Source: Salpingoeca rosetta
Taxonomy: Eukaryota; Protista; Choanoflagellata
Reading direction: 5' to 3'
Assembly (NCBI GenBank): GCA_033442325.1
Contig: JAWQFM010000020.1
Location: forward strand, 290,645-354,644
Length of the DNA: 64,000 nucleotides
Under the pieces are notes generated by a model. That model saw only the letters and a program-made list of their open reading frames with translations. It did not search any database and was not told where the DNA came from. The position numbers and the translations under genes were made by a program. Below are positions 1-16,757 of the stretch, one piece after another (within the stretch, counting starts at the first letter, position 1; every line of letters begins with the position of its first letter).

Positions 1-151
<151 letters not shown>

Positions 152-237
152 CTTTGCCCTCCCCACCACCATCATCATCTCATCTCATCTCGCAACCACC
201 CCCACCACCACAACACCCCACACCCTCGCGCCTAAAG

Positions 238-610
238 GGAGTCACCACTGGAAGCGGCCCGGCGCGCAGCTCTTGCCCGCAGAAATGCAAAGCGCGCACA
301 GCAGCAGCAGCAACCACAACACCCACCACAACAGCAGTCACAACAGCAGTCACAACAGCCGACGCACGCAACACCACAGCAGCAGCAGCGTGGGAGCAGT
401 GCACTTCATGCAAGGCATCCGCACACTGTGAGTGGCACGTTGAACGGTAGCAGCAACCTCAGCCATAGCGTCAGCAGCGGTAGTGGTGGTGGTGCAATGT
501 CCACGCGTGAGCGGCTTGCAAGCGTATCGACGGCGCTTCGGCGTGCGTCCATGTCTGTGCATGGTGGGAAGCCCGTGAAGCCACGCAAGCCGCAGCGCCC
601 ACCAGCATGA
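238..610 (+). CDS. Terminal exon of an upstream gene; Q/S-rich low-complexity C-terminus
   Basis: Acceptor cctaaag| at 237, then open frame ESPLEAARRAALARRNAKRAQQQQ...SGTLNGSS...KPRKPQRPPA ending in TGA at 610; the rest of the gene lies outside the window. Confidence 0.55.
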
Positions 611-636
611 CCGTGCGTCTGTCTGTGTGTGTATAT

Positions 637-676
<40 letters not shown>

Positions 677-1556
677 TGTGTCTATGTGTCTCTGTGTGTG
701 CGTGTGTGTGTGTGTGTGCGTGTGTCTATGTGTGTGTGTGTGCTCCTGATCCTGTTTAACCAACCTTCCTTTTCCCTCCTCCTTGTGTTGTTCTTGCCTG
801 TTGTTGTGTGGTTGCACATTCATTTGGTGTCAATATACTAGGTGCTTTCTGTTGTGGGTTTGCCTCTGTGCCACATCTTTGGTCGTTGCCACAGCCCTGT
901 GTACGTTGTTCTCCCCCCCACACACACACACATCCTTGTTGTGCTGTGCCTTGCTTTCGGGTTTTGGGTTTTGTTGTTGAGCGTCGTGCCGACACCATCA
1001 TTCACACACAACCGCACGTGAGCACAGGTCGGCAGGCGGGCAGGCTAATAGATTACAAGATGCATCGCGTAAGAATGAATATAAAGAACCAAAATGCACA
1101 CAAAACAAAAGGGAACGCAGTGATATGACTGCAGGCACATGGCAGGGCAGAAGCAAAGGACATGCGTGCCAGCAACGCTTGGAGGATGGCAGGTTGAAGG
1201 TTTTGAAGCAGTGCTGCGTGGAGCAACGCAGTAAACCAGATGAACAGAGCAGGGAAGGAAATCAAAGGCACCTCAATAGCAGTGATAGGAAATACAAGGG
1301 GCCGGGAAGCGTGCACGCACAACAGCACCGCAAAACACACAGCACACGAGGATGCATGCATACACACATACACACACACACAAATGCACACAAGCAAACA
1401 CACAAACGACCAATCAAATTTTAAACGACGCAGACACACTTATATACACACACTTATACACACAAATGCACACAAGCAAACACAAACAAATGCACACACA
1501 AGCAAACACAAACACAAACACAAACACAAACACAAACACAAACACAAACACTGGCT

Positions 1557-2312
1557 TCAGCGACGCGAAGGGAGCGGCTGGGGATGGTAGGCAACTGCAA
1601 TGCACCAGGTGTAGATGAAGCCAGCGGCGCGGGAAAGCCCAAACATGCTGTGCTTGTCGAGATGGGTCAGTTCTTTCCTGGCCCTTTCAAGGTTGTGCTG
1701 GGGACAGAACGTTTGTCGGGTTTCCAGCAGAATGCTGGTGAAGAAGCTCTTCTTCAACAGGTCCCTGGCACACTCGACAAATGCGCCGCTGTGGTGTTCG
1801 TGTCCATACCAGCTTCCCGATTCTCCCGAGTGATCGCTGTCACTGCTGCTGCTGCTGCTGCTGCCAGAGCTTTCGTCGGCGTCATCGCCGTCATGGTCTT
1901 CCGTGCTGCTGCTGCTGCTACGGCTGCTGTCGTTTTGCGCCTGTTCCTTTGATGCCTTGTTCTTGGTGGCGGTGTCCGTTTTGGTTGTGGTGTGTTGCTT
2001 GTGTTGCGCCTTCGTCCTCACCTGTTTCTTCTTCTTCTTCTTCTTCTTTCGCTTGGCTTTGCCGGGCGATGGCAGGCCTGGGCCCATGCCAAGGAGCAAG
2101 GTGAGGCACTTGAGTAGCGTCTGTATCTTCTCCGGCATGATGCTCATGGTTGCCAGCACCACGACGCTCTCCTGGTCCACCTGCTGTGCCAGCGCCTCCA
2201 CCTCCTGCCACACCAACAAGGCGCTGCTGTCCTCCCTTGCCTTGCCTGCCTTGAGCTGGTGGTTGTTGTCCCCTCCTCTGCCTCCTGCCTCGTTGCTCAC
2301 TTCAGCGCTCAT
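1557..2312 (-). CDS. Intronless 251-aa protein resembling an isolated dynein heavy-chain microtubule-binding domain, with a K-rich/S-D-rich insertion
   Basis: ORF from ATG to stop. Segments VEALAQQVDQESVVVLATMSIMPEKIQTLLKCLTLLLG and LSRAAGFIYTWCIAV match the spacing of dynein MTBD H1-H2 (..M..PP..V...L..I.LLLG) and H6-CC2 (S.A[AC]G....W.IA). Confidence 0.65.
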   Translation of the reverse strand: MSAEVSNEAGGRGGDNNHQLKAGKAREDSSALLVWQEVEALAQQVDQESVVVLATMSIMPEKIQTLLKCLTLLLGMGPGLPSPGKAKRKKKKKKKKQVRTKAQHKQHTTTKTDTATKNKASKEQAQNDSSRSSSSSTEDHDGDDADESSGSSSSSSSDSDHSGESGSWYGHEHHSGAFVECARDLLKKSFFTSILLETRQTFCPQHNLERARKELTHLDKHSMFGLSRAAGFIYTWCIAVAYHPQPLPSRR

Positions 2313-4993
2313 CGCTTCCTTGTGTGGTTGCGTTGGGTGTTGTTGGTGGCGTTGTTGGTGGCGTTGCTGAGTGGTGAATGATGGAAAACAGCATGAATTG
2401 CAGTAATGTCACTGTGTGGGTGTTTTTGCTGACTCAACACAATACATTTTTATGTTGTGCAATACGCCACATCACCGCTGCCCCGCTACGCACGCATGGA
2501 GTTCGTTTCGAAACCCTGTCCCGTTTTCCCCTCAAACTTAGCACCAATCGCCACCTGCACGTTGTCGATTCTGCCCCGGGAGTTGCATGTATCGCGACCA
2601 TTTGGAAGTGGCTGTTTCATTGCTTGCCAGGGGTGTCGCGTGCATGCCTGCACACAAGCACGCGCCCCATTGTCCACCCCAATAAATCTCGCCAGCTGGC
2701 TTGCCACAACAGAGCTGCAGCGCCACACATCCTGACGCAACCTTACATTCTAAGCACAATTGCTCACCGCCATCCTGCAGGTAGGTCTGCAAGTTGTTGC
2801 GCTTCGCCCACAGCCTCGCTTCCCCGCTGCTTGATTGCTCGTGCATCACGTTGCATGTCAGCCGTGCATGCTTGTTGGTTGGTGTTTCGCAGCGGTTGTG
2901 GTTGGTTGGGTTCGACCTGCATGCTTTGGTCAACCACTTCCCTACTTTCTGCCAGTCGCTTTGTTTTTCCCACACACACACTTCCCTTCGTGCTTTGTGT
3001 GCCTTGTCTTGCTTTCTTTGTTTCGCGTGCTTGCGTGCTTGCTTGCGTGCTTGCTTGCGTGCTTGCTTGGTCGTTCGTGGCAAGCCAAGCAAACAACGCC
3101 CCGCACGAAAGCAGGGGGAAAGCAGGCGAAAGCTCCAGATCGCGCAGCCGAGCGAGTGCGCGAGCGGGTGCTGCTTTTTCGTTTCCAGCTCGTTTGCCTT
3201 TATTTTTCCCCTTCTTGCTTGTTCCTGTTGTTTTGGCGTGCGTCGGACCCAACCCCAGTCTGCCACCTTTCCTCACACCAACACCCACACCCATTTGGGG
3301 CAACTAAACACTCGCACCCACGCCACTCACCCCGCTCCCACCAAACAACAACCAATCAACACCAGCGCCACCAAACACACGCACGCACGCACGAACCGAT
3401 CTTGTGCCATCGCGAAAAGGAGAGGTGGGCTCTCGTTCACCCCGCACACAAGTGCAATCCGTTTGACCCTGAAAGAGCGGCATTGTCACCACACACCCAC
3501 ACACACACACACCCACGCACACCATTCCTCTCCTCGACACGCACCACACCACATACACATACACATACACATACGCGCGCAAGCACACAAGAAGGTTGGT
3601 TGGTGCTGTCTCCTTTTCGGTGTGTAGTTTATCGCCACGGGTGTGTTTGGCGTTCGGAATGGCATCCACGCCAACGGCTCGAGCTTTTTTGTCTTTGGTC
3701 GTTGGTGGTGCGTGTCTTGGCCACTTGCTCGCTTGCTTGTTGTTCGTGCACTTGAAGTGTGTTGTTTTGTGCCGCACACACACACACACACACGAACGGC
3801 CTTGTTGCTCGCTTGCCATTTCTCGTGTTGTTCCAAAGCCATCGCACTCCACAAGACGTGAGCACACCCACAAAAGACTTTCTCTCGCGCGCCATACACA
3901 CTCCTGTATCATCCTCTCACACGCACGCACGCACACTTGCGGGTGTCACTCGCCTATTTCCCTTGTGCTTGGCCCATCATTGACCATTGCCACCGCTGCC
4001 GCCGTCGTCCAGCCTCTTCCTTTGCTTTCTCTCAATCTTGTCTTCTCCTTCTCCTGAGCAAGGGAGCAGCAGCAGCGCCAACCATTGGTCGGTCTTCCCT
4101 TTCTTGCCATGCCTTGTCAATCTCCTCTTCCCCTTCCCCCACTTCTCTCTCTCTCTCTCCTGTTTTTCGTGAACACGCACCCGCCCATTTCCTTGTTTGG
4201 CTTGGCCTGTAAGCCTGGATCCACACGCACATTGACACGAACATGGTTTCCGACTTGACCCTCAACCACACATTGCCCACAGTAGTGAGCAAGTAAGTCA
4301 CTCACCACTGTCACTTCTTCCCACTCGCTCTTTGCTGCCTCGCACATCCTACCCATTGCACTCGCACACACACACACGCACACGCACACCCACGCAGAAG
4401 CGCGCACCGCCTCTCCCTCCCTCCCTCTCTCTCTCTCTGGCTACCCGCATCACGCACGAACTCAAAAACACAAGACCAGCACGAACACGTCGCGTGACGC
4501 CTGCGTGGATTCTCGACACGAACACACGTTGCACACACCAAGCACACATCGCCACAAACAACCGGTAAACCCCCTTCCCTCCTTCTCATGCGCGTGTGCG
4601 TGCCACCGTTTGTTTCTCCATGCATGGTGGGATGGTGGCGGTGTAACGTTCAACGTTCGTTCCACCCGCCAATCACTGCTGTTTCTCATATCATCTGTGG
4701 AATCACCAACATCAACGCCATCGTCGGTGGTGGTCATTTTCATGCCCATCATTGTCGCTTCACCACCCCACATTGCTTGCTCTCTTTATTCGTCGGCCGC
4801 CACCTTCTGTTCCCCTCCTCCCTCTTTCTCGACTTGCACCACTCTTCTGTGTTCTTGCCTTCTCAACGACGCCTGCCTGCCTGCTTCTCACTCTCGTGGC
4901 AAACCAACCACCTGCCTTGCATCACCCACCCCACATCGCACTCATCATCGCAGCGCGCCCTCCCTTCTCTGCCCACAGCCCCAATACCCACTC

Positions 4994-5035
4994 TGACGTC
5001 ACAACACAGGTTTGTTCTTCATGGCTCTGACGTCA
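4994..5035. promoter_or_regulatory. Two perfect CRE palindromes (TGACGTCA)
   Basis: ctcTGACGTCA at 4994-5001 and ctcTGACGTCA at 5028-5035, about 500 bp upstream of the ATG at 5537. Confidence 0.4.
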
Positions 5036-5536
5036 GCAAACAGAATCTGTATGAGACTAGTTGCGTTCGCGCGAGTGGCGTTCACGAACGCTTCAGATGA
5101 CTTTGTCCGACGTTGCCTTTGTGCTCGACTTGTCGCAACGTCGCATTTTCCTTCGCACGACACTCTTTATTGGGGGTTGTTCTTTGATTTGACATCACCT
5201 CGCTCTCACACACGCGCGCTTGTTGCCCCATCATTTCTTTCATCGATGCCGACGTCGCTTGTCGTGCAGTCGCAACGCAAACACCAACACCTTCCAGCTC
5301 ACACTCTGGTCGCAGTTAAGCCCGCAGAGCTGACGCCTCGCAAGCCAAGACAAGCTGATCACACAAGAAGCCCCCTTCCGTTCCCAAGCGAACAGACGAC
5401 GTGAGACACAGACAGCAGGCAGCACCATTACCCAAACTGCCAACAACAGTTCCACGCAACAGCTCTTGGCATTCGAAACTTGCCGGTGAATTTTTGATCC
5501 GTCGGGACCTACCTGCCCCTCTCCAAACCCCCGTGC

Positions 5537-6854
5537 ATGTCGCGCAACAACAGCCCAGCCGCACCAACCCCGGATCAGCGCCTGCATCCAACTATGGTTC
5601 CGGGCTTTACAGCCGCGTTGCGACAGCAGCAACAACAACAACAGCAACAGCCACACCTCAATGGCCAACAACAGCAAGTTGTGCCAGAACAGCTTCTCAA
5701 CGCGCTCAGCTTCTTTCAGCAACAGCAACAGCAGCGGCAGCAGCAGCAACAGCAGCCATCCCAGTTGGGACTCCTCAGCGATGTTGCGCGTCAAGCGGGC
5801 TGGTCCGGCAACCCCTTGATGGCATATCAGCACCTCCTCGCCTCTTCTATGTCACGCAATAACGCCATTGGCCAACAACAACAACAACAACAACAACAAC
5901 AGCAACAGCAGCAGCAGCAACAACAGCCACAACATCAGCAGCAGCCATCCCCGTCCATGGCCGCAATCATGTCCAGTAGCACGCCTGGTGCCGCCACTTT
6001 GGGCCAAGGGCAACAGCAGCAGGACCGGCCCGGTGGGGCTGATCCGGCAACGGCACAACTCTGGCCATACAACCCCCTAGCTTTGCGTCAGTTTGCTGCT
6101 CAACAACACCAACAGCCTCAACAGCAGCAGCCTCAACAGCGATCCCAACAGCAGCAGCAGCCATCGCAGCAGCAGCAGCTTCAGCCCGTGCTAGCGGCGC
6201 CCACGAGCAGCAGCATGCCCCCTGCCATGCCGGCGATGCTGACTGGCCCCTACCTTCAGTCCATGTTGGGCGGCACGGCCACAAGCTACACTTACGCCAT
6301 GCCTGGCACCCCGCACCTGCCCGCAGAGGCAATGTCCTTGGGCATGTATGCCTACAGCCCTGATCAGCAGCAGCTGCTTGCCAGCATGCAGGCTATGGCT
6401 GCGGCTGCGGCTGCGGCTACCAACTCGTCACCGCAGGGTATGCCTGGCGCCCGGCGCAACAATGTCAAGGACCTCACCTCCCAGAACAGGAGCGCCAAGT
6501 ACCGCCGCCGCCGCAAGGAACTTCTTGACCAGGCAAAGAAGCAGGTGTGCCCACGGCTGCCGTGCTGGTTTGCCGTGTTTTGGTTTGGTTGCAAAAGGAC
6601 AAACTCTGTGGATGCAGAAACATGTGTGGGTGGAGAGACGCCACCCGCATGCGTGCATCGTACTTTGTGCTCCCCCCCCCCCAAAAAAAAAAAAAAACTC
6701 ACGACTGTGCTGCTGTGTGGTGACAGGCATGTGACTTGTACGACATGTGCCACATGGAAAAGAATGCACTGAGCCCGGCCGACCTCGCAACCATCGCAAA
6801 GGTGTGTGTGTGTGTGTGTGTGCGTGTGTGTGTGTGTGCGTGTGCGTGTGTGTG

Positions 6855-6900
<46 letters not shown>

Positions 6901-8253
6901 CGCTTGCGCTTGCGCTTGCGCTTGGACCTGTTGTCCTTCTTCTGCACGTCAGCAGACCCACGTGCCTCACGACACATGGCACTTGTCAATGGCGTGTGCG
7001 CTGTAGAAATTCGAGGATGTGCTTTCTTGGCGCAAGGGCCACGACCCCTACCCTCGCAAACCGTACACTGAGCAGCAATTTGAAAAGGTGTGTGTGCGTG
7101 TGTGTGTGTGTGTGTGTTTGACTGGCATGTTCGATCAATTGAGCGTTCGTGTTGTGTGGGATACGCTCCCCTCGCCCGTCGTTGGCTTGCTCCTGTGCGG
7201 TTTGCTATCATGTTGAGCACCGCTGCTACCTCTGTCCTCCTCACCAATTGCTGTCACACATACGCAGGATCTTGCTGCTGAGGATCCGGAGATTGTGAAG
7301 AAGACGCGCCGCTCCCGCCTCAAGCGCATCCTCAGCTGCCGCTTCTACCGCAAGGAGTGCAAGTCTGCAGAGACAGGTGTGTCACTCTTGCACCGTGCCT
7401 GTGTGTGTATGTGTGTGTGTATCACCGTCACTGTTCCTGTCACTGGGTATCCTTTGTTCAGAATGCCAGAATGCCGTACCTTTTGTTCAAAGCCTGATGC
7501 TTGGTTCCTCCCCCCCCAAAACCATCTGTTGTCTCTTCGTTTTGCTTCCTTTCCTCACTCACGTCCACCACCACCACCTGCCACCACCTGCTGTTGCCAT
7601 TGGTCACCACAGCGTGGATGCTGCATGTGCAGTCGCTGCACCAGTGCCTCGGCGCCATCCGCAAGGCGCTTGGCGACACAACCCCGCTGCCCGCGCTGTG
7701 GATCAAGCTGTCGTCGTCGGCGCAGCAGGCGTCTGGCAGCGACGAGCCCGGTGTTGCTGACACGGATGCTGGCGAGGACGTGTTCACCCACGATGAGCAC
7801 GAGAGCCATGCTGACGAAGACGAAGAAGACGAAGACGGCGACGGCGACGGCGAACGTGGTGACGCCGCGGGCTCTGATGATGGCGTGGAAGATGGCGCCA
7901 ACCGCCACAACGACCACCACCACGACGATGGAGATGACGGTGATATGCAAGGCAGCAGCGATCCTGATGATGAGGACGACGACGACAACAGCAACACCAA
8001 CACCGGGGGCACAGGGGTTTCCGCAGACGCGCCACGTGTCGTCGCTGTGGCAACGCGTGCCAATGGTGGTGCAGTGGCTGGCACGCGTGTGGCTGCCAAC
8101 ATGAGCACCACCAAGATGCAGGCGCGAAGCGAAGATGAGGACAGACCGACTCGCAGCAACAGCGCTGCCGCTGCCGTTGTTGATGACGGTGACGATGGCA
8201 CGCTGCCAACCAAGCGCATGAAGACGGAGTCGGGGGTGGGGACCCAGCAGTAG
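5537..8253 (+). CDS. Q-rich putative transcription factor with bZIP-like basic regions and an acidic C-terminus (5 exons)
   Basis: Exons at about 5537-6544, 6727-6801, 7008-7087, 7268-7376 and 7612-8253 join in frame through GT-AG. PolyQ N-terminus; basic segments NRSAKYRRRRKE and RRSRLKRILSCRFYRKECK; D/E-rich tail. Confidence 0.7.
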
Positions 8254-9269
8254 TAACCTGCCACCGTCGAAGCACGAGCAGCCCTCGAAGACAGGAAATC
8301 AAGCTCCAAGACGACAAGCGGTGTGCCATACGACTGCCGTACATGCACACGCGTGTGCAAGCATCTGCAAGCATTCGCACACACATGTACACACGACCCA
8401 GACTGTGGTTGTTGCTGTCACCTTCCATGACAATATGATTGATTTCCTCTCCCAGCTGTTTTTGATTAGCACTCGCTTTATGGCAATGAATGAATGTTGC
8501 TTGTTGAATGGATCATCGTTGGTGCTTGAATGCTGCTGGCGATGGATGTATCTGCTAGCCAACTCAAGTGTTGTTTCATACACACGTACGCACTTTCTCT
8601 TCTGCCTGTTTTCTTCCCTTTTGCCTCCTTTGATGGTGTGTTGCCCTGTTCTTTTCTGTTGGTAGAAGCGCGTTTACGTTACCTTTCTTCCCTTTCGACA
8701 CGCATTCGTTCACTTCTTGTACGTGCACATGTGTGTGCGTGTGTGCGTGTGTGCGTTGGTTTAGCGTAGTCATTGATTGATGATTGATTGATTGATTGAT
8801 TTGGTTTGTGCTTTGCGTGCATGGTGGCAAGTTTCCATCTTGGAGACGAGACGTGCGTATGACCGTGTGCGCGTGGGCGAACGTCACTGCACAGCACACA
8901 GCGTTGTCGCTCTCCTGTTGTTCAGCTGCCACTCTGTGCGTTGATCACGGCCATGCTGCAATGGACGACATTGCGTTTTTTCATCGTCTTGCTTTCTTTC
9001 TCGTTTCAATCGCGGTGATGGTGGTGGGTTCCTGTTACCAGCACCTTTCTTCCTGCTCACCACCATCACATGCGCGTTGCTTTCGTTCCCTGGCCGTTCC
9101 TTTTCTTGGAGGCATGCCTCAACCGCCTAACCCCAATGAACGGGCGCGAATGACTGGATGATGTGTGTGGTGATGGTGAGGTGGGGGAGTGAGACGTGAC
9201 AGTGAAGCATCAACTCACAACACATCAAAAACACAACAAAAAGACAGCAACAACAACAACAACACGGTC

Positions 9270-10346
<1,077 letters not shown>

Positions 10347-10510
10347 TGGCTTTGGTGGGGTTCTTGTGTTTTACCGCAACTCCGCGTGTGTCATGTGATG
10401 TGATGCGACACTGTGTGATGTGCAGTGGTGTGAAGTGATGCGATGGTCTCCGCTTTTGCAGCCGTTGCTGGTCAACAGTGCTGTGGCGAAAGAGGCGCGC
10501 GTTCCTTAGT

Positions 10511-10607
<97 letters not shown>

Positions 10608-10984
10608 GATGGTTCTTGCATTCACATGGCTATGGTTACACCGGTTCTTTTCGCCATAGCGCCATTTACTCATCTCATTGAACGCCTTCGTTACACCATC
10701 GACAAGCAAAGACGCTGCAAGCATCTTTGAAGCTCAGCGGCGTTGGAAAACAGGCGTCAACAGGACAAGAGAGAAGAGAGGTAATGGGATGAGGGTGCAG
10801 GAAGGGACGGGTTCAATTACAAAGTGACGTCGTGGAATGTACACGGGTTTGATATGAACAAGAAAAGAGGGGCAGCCTGCTCGTGGAAGCAGTGGGTGTG
10901 TCAAATAAGCTGTCGACACGCAGAGACGCGCTCGCCTTGACGCCATGCCATCATCAAAATCAGCACCTGGACATGTATCGGTGG

Positions 10985-11070
10985 TTACGAAGTGAATGTC
11001 TTGGGCTGCTTTGCTTGCAAGCTGGACGCGCGTTCCTGGCCACTGTCAGCGCCACGCTTGGCTGTGTGCG

Positions 11071-11163
<93 letters not shown>

Positions 11164-11807
11164 GTGTGTGTGCGTGTGCCAAGCAAGTGGTGCAAAGTGA
11201 ATGTACACCGAGTGTAATGCACAACAACGTGGTTTGCATGAGTAGAGAGAACCGCTGTGTGCTCAAGCACATGGAGCTGCTGTGTAGAGGAGCCACAAAG
11301 AGCCAGAACAGCGCGCACACACAGGATTGCGTACAACATAAACTTGCAGATACAATCATACACACAAGACAAGCAAACAAACAACCAACCACACACACGC
11401 GGGGCTCACCTGAGAAAGGAGTTGGGTTTGGTGGCGGGAGGGATGCCTGGAACTCTGGGCCGACACGGATGCCTGGGTTGGTGCGCGGTTTCATCCACTG
11501 CGCCATGAAGGAACGCTGCTCAGCAGCTGTCAAATCATCATCGCTGTCAGGCACACTCCCGTCGCTGGACGCGCCACTGTTGTTGCTGTCGTCCACGTTG
11601 TCATCGTCGTCATCATCCTCCTGAACGTTCTCATGGTCGTGCCACAACGTCGTCTGTTGCAGCTGCCGTTGGTGTGACTGTTGTTCTGCTGCTGACTTGT
11701 TGTTGTTGGTCTTGCGCTACCTGGGTGTGCGTTCCGCTGCCACCGTACGGCATGCTGGTGGCGTCTGCTGAGAGCGCGCGTTGCTGTGTTGTTGTCGTCG
11801 TGTCCAT
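10985..11807 (-). CDS. Small acidic protein with an ELM2-like motif (3 exons)
   Basis: MDTTTTTQQ...THTQ, short GT-AG intron, [16 protein letters not shown]...[15 protein letters not shown], intron about 11410-11063, AKRGADSG...KTFTS*. IRVGxxFQAxLP is the N-terminal ELM2 signature. Confidence 0.6.
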
Positions 11808-11855
11808 AGTCGGTGGCGGTTGTGGAAAACTTGCGGCGGCGTTCGCGAAGAATCG

Positions 11856-13948
<2,093 letters not shown>

Positions 13949-14048
13949 ACGACACCATAAACAGTAGGCCCTTATCAAGCAAGCAAGAAAGTCAGCCAGC
14001 CACCCAGCCGGCCACCGCAAACACGAGTCACAAACAAACGATCGGGTG

Positions 14049-16065
<2,017 letters not shown>

Positions 16066-16146
16066 AGATGCTATGCCTGTTTTTGTGTCTGTCCGTCTGT
16101 CTGTCTGTGTGTATGTGTTTGTGTGTGTGTGTGTGTGTGTGTGCTT

Positions 16147-16197
<51 letters not shown>

Positions 16198-16240
16198 TTA
16201 ATGTCTCTCCCCCCTCTCACACACACACTGTATCTCTCTC

Positions 16241-16330
<90 letters not shown>

Positions 16331-16430
16331 NNNNNNNNNNNNNNNNNNNNNNNNNNNNNNNNNNNNNNNNNNNNNNNNNNNNNNNNNNNNNNNNNNNNNN
16401 NNNNNNNNNNNNNNNNNNNNNNNNNNNNNN
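16331..16430. other. Assembly gap (100 N) within (CT)n
   Basis: N run. Confidence 0.99.
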
Positions 16431-16757
16431 TCTCTCTGTCTCTCTGTCTCTCTCTCTCTCTCTCTCTGCCTCTATGAACTTTGCTGTGCGAGCACTGTAA
16501 ACCAAAGTCATGATGTGGTGATGTGACATGACACCACCATCATCACAACCACCGTCATCGCAACCAACACACAAACCAACAATGATTTGTCGTGTTGGCA
16601 CTTCGCGTAACTGCTGTTTTGCGCCAGTCATCATCAGAACCACGCCCCGACAACGACACAATAACGCGTGTCTTGCTTGCTTGCTGTGTCCACCATTCAT
16701 CACGACGCTCCGTCGCTGCCCAACCACACACACACAACACACACACAACACACACAT

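Noticed and set aside
2378-3936. Several 200-310 aa overlapping ORFs
   Set aside because: No recognisable motifs, low-complexity intergenic composition, and comparable ORFs in all frames.
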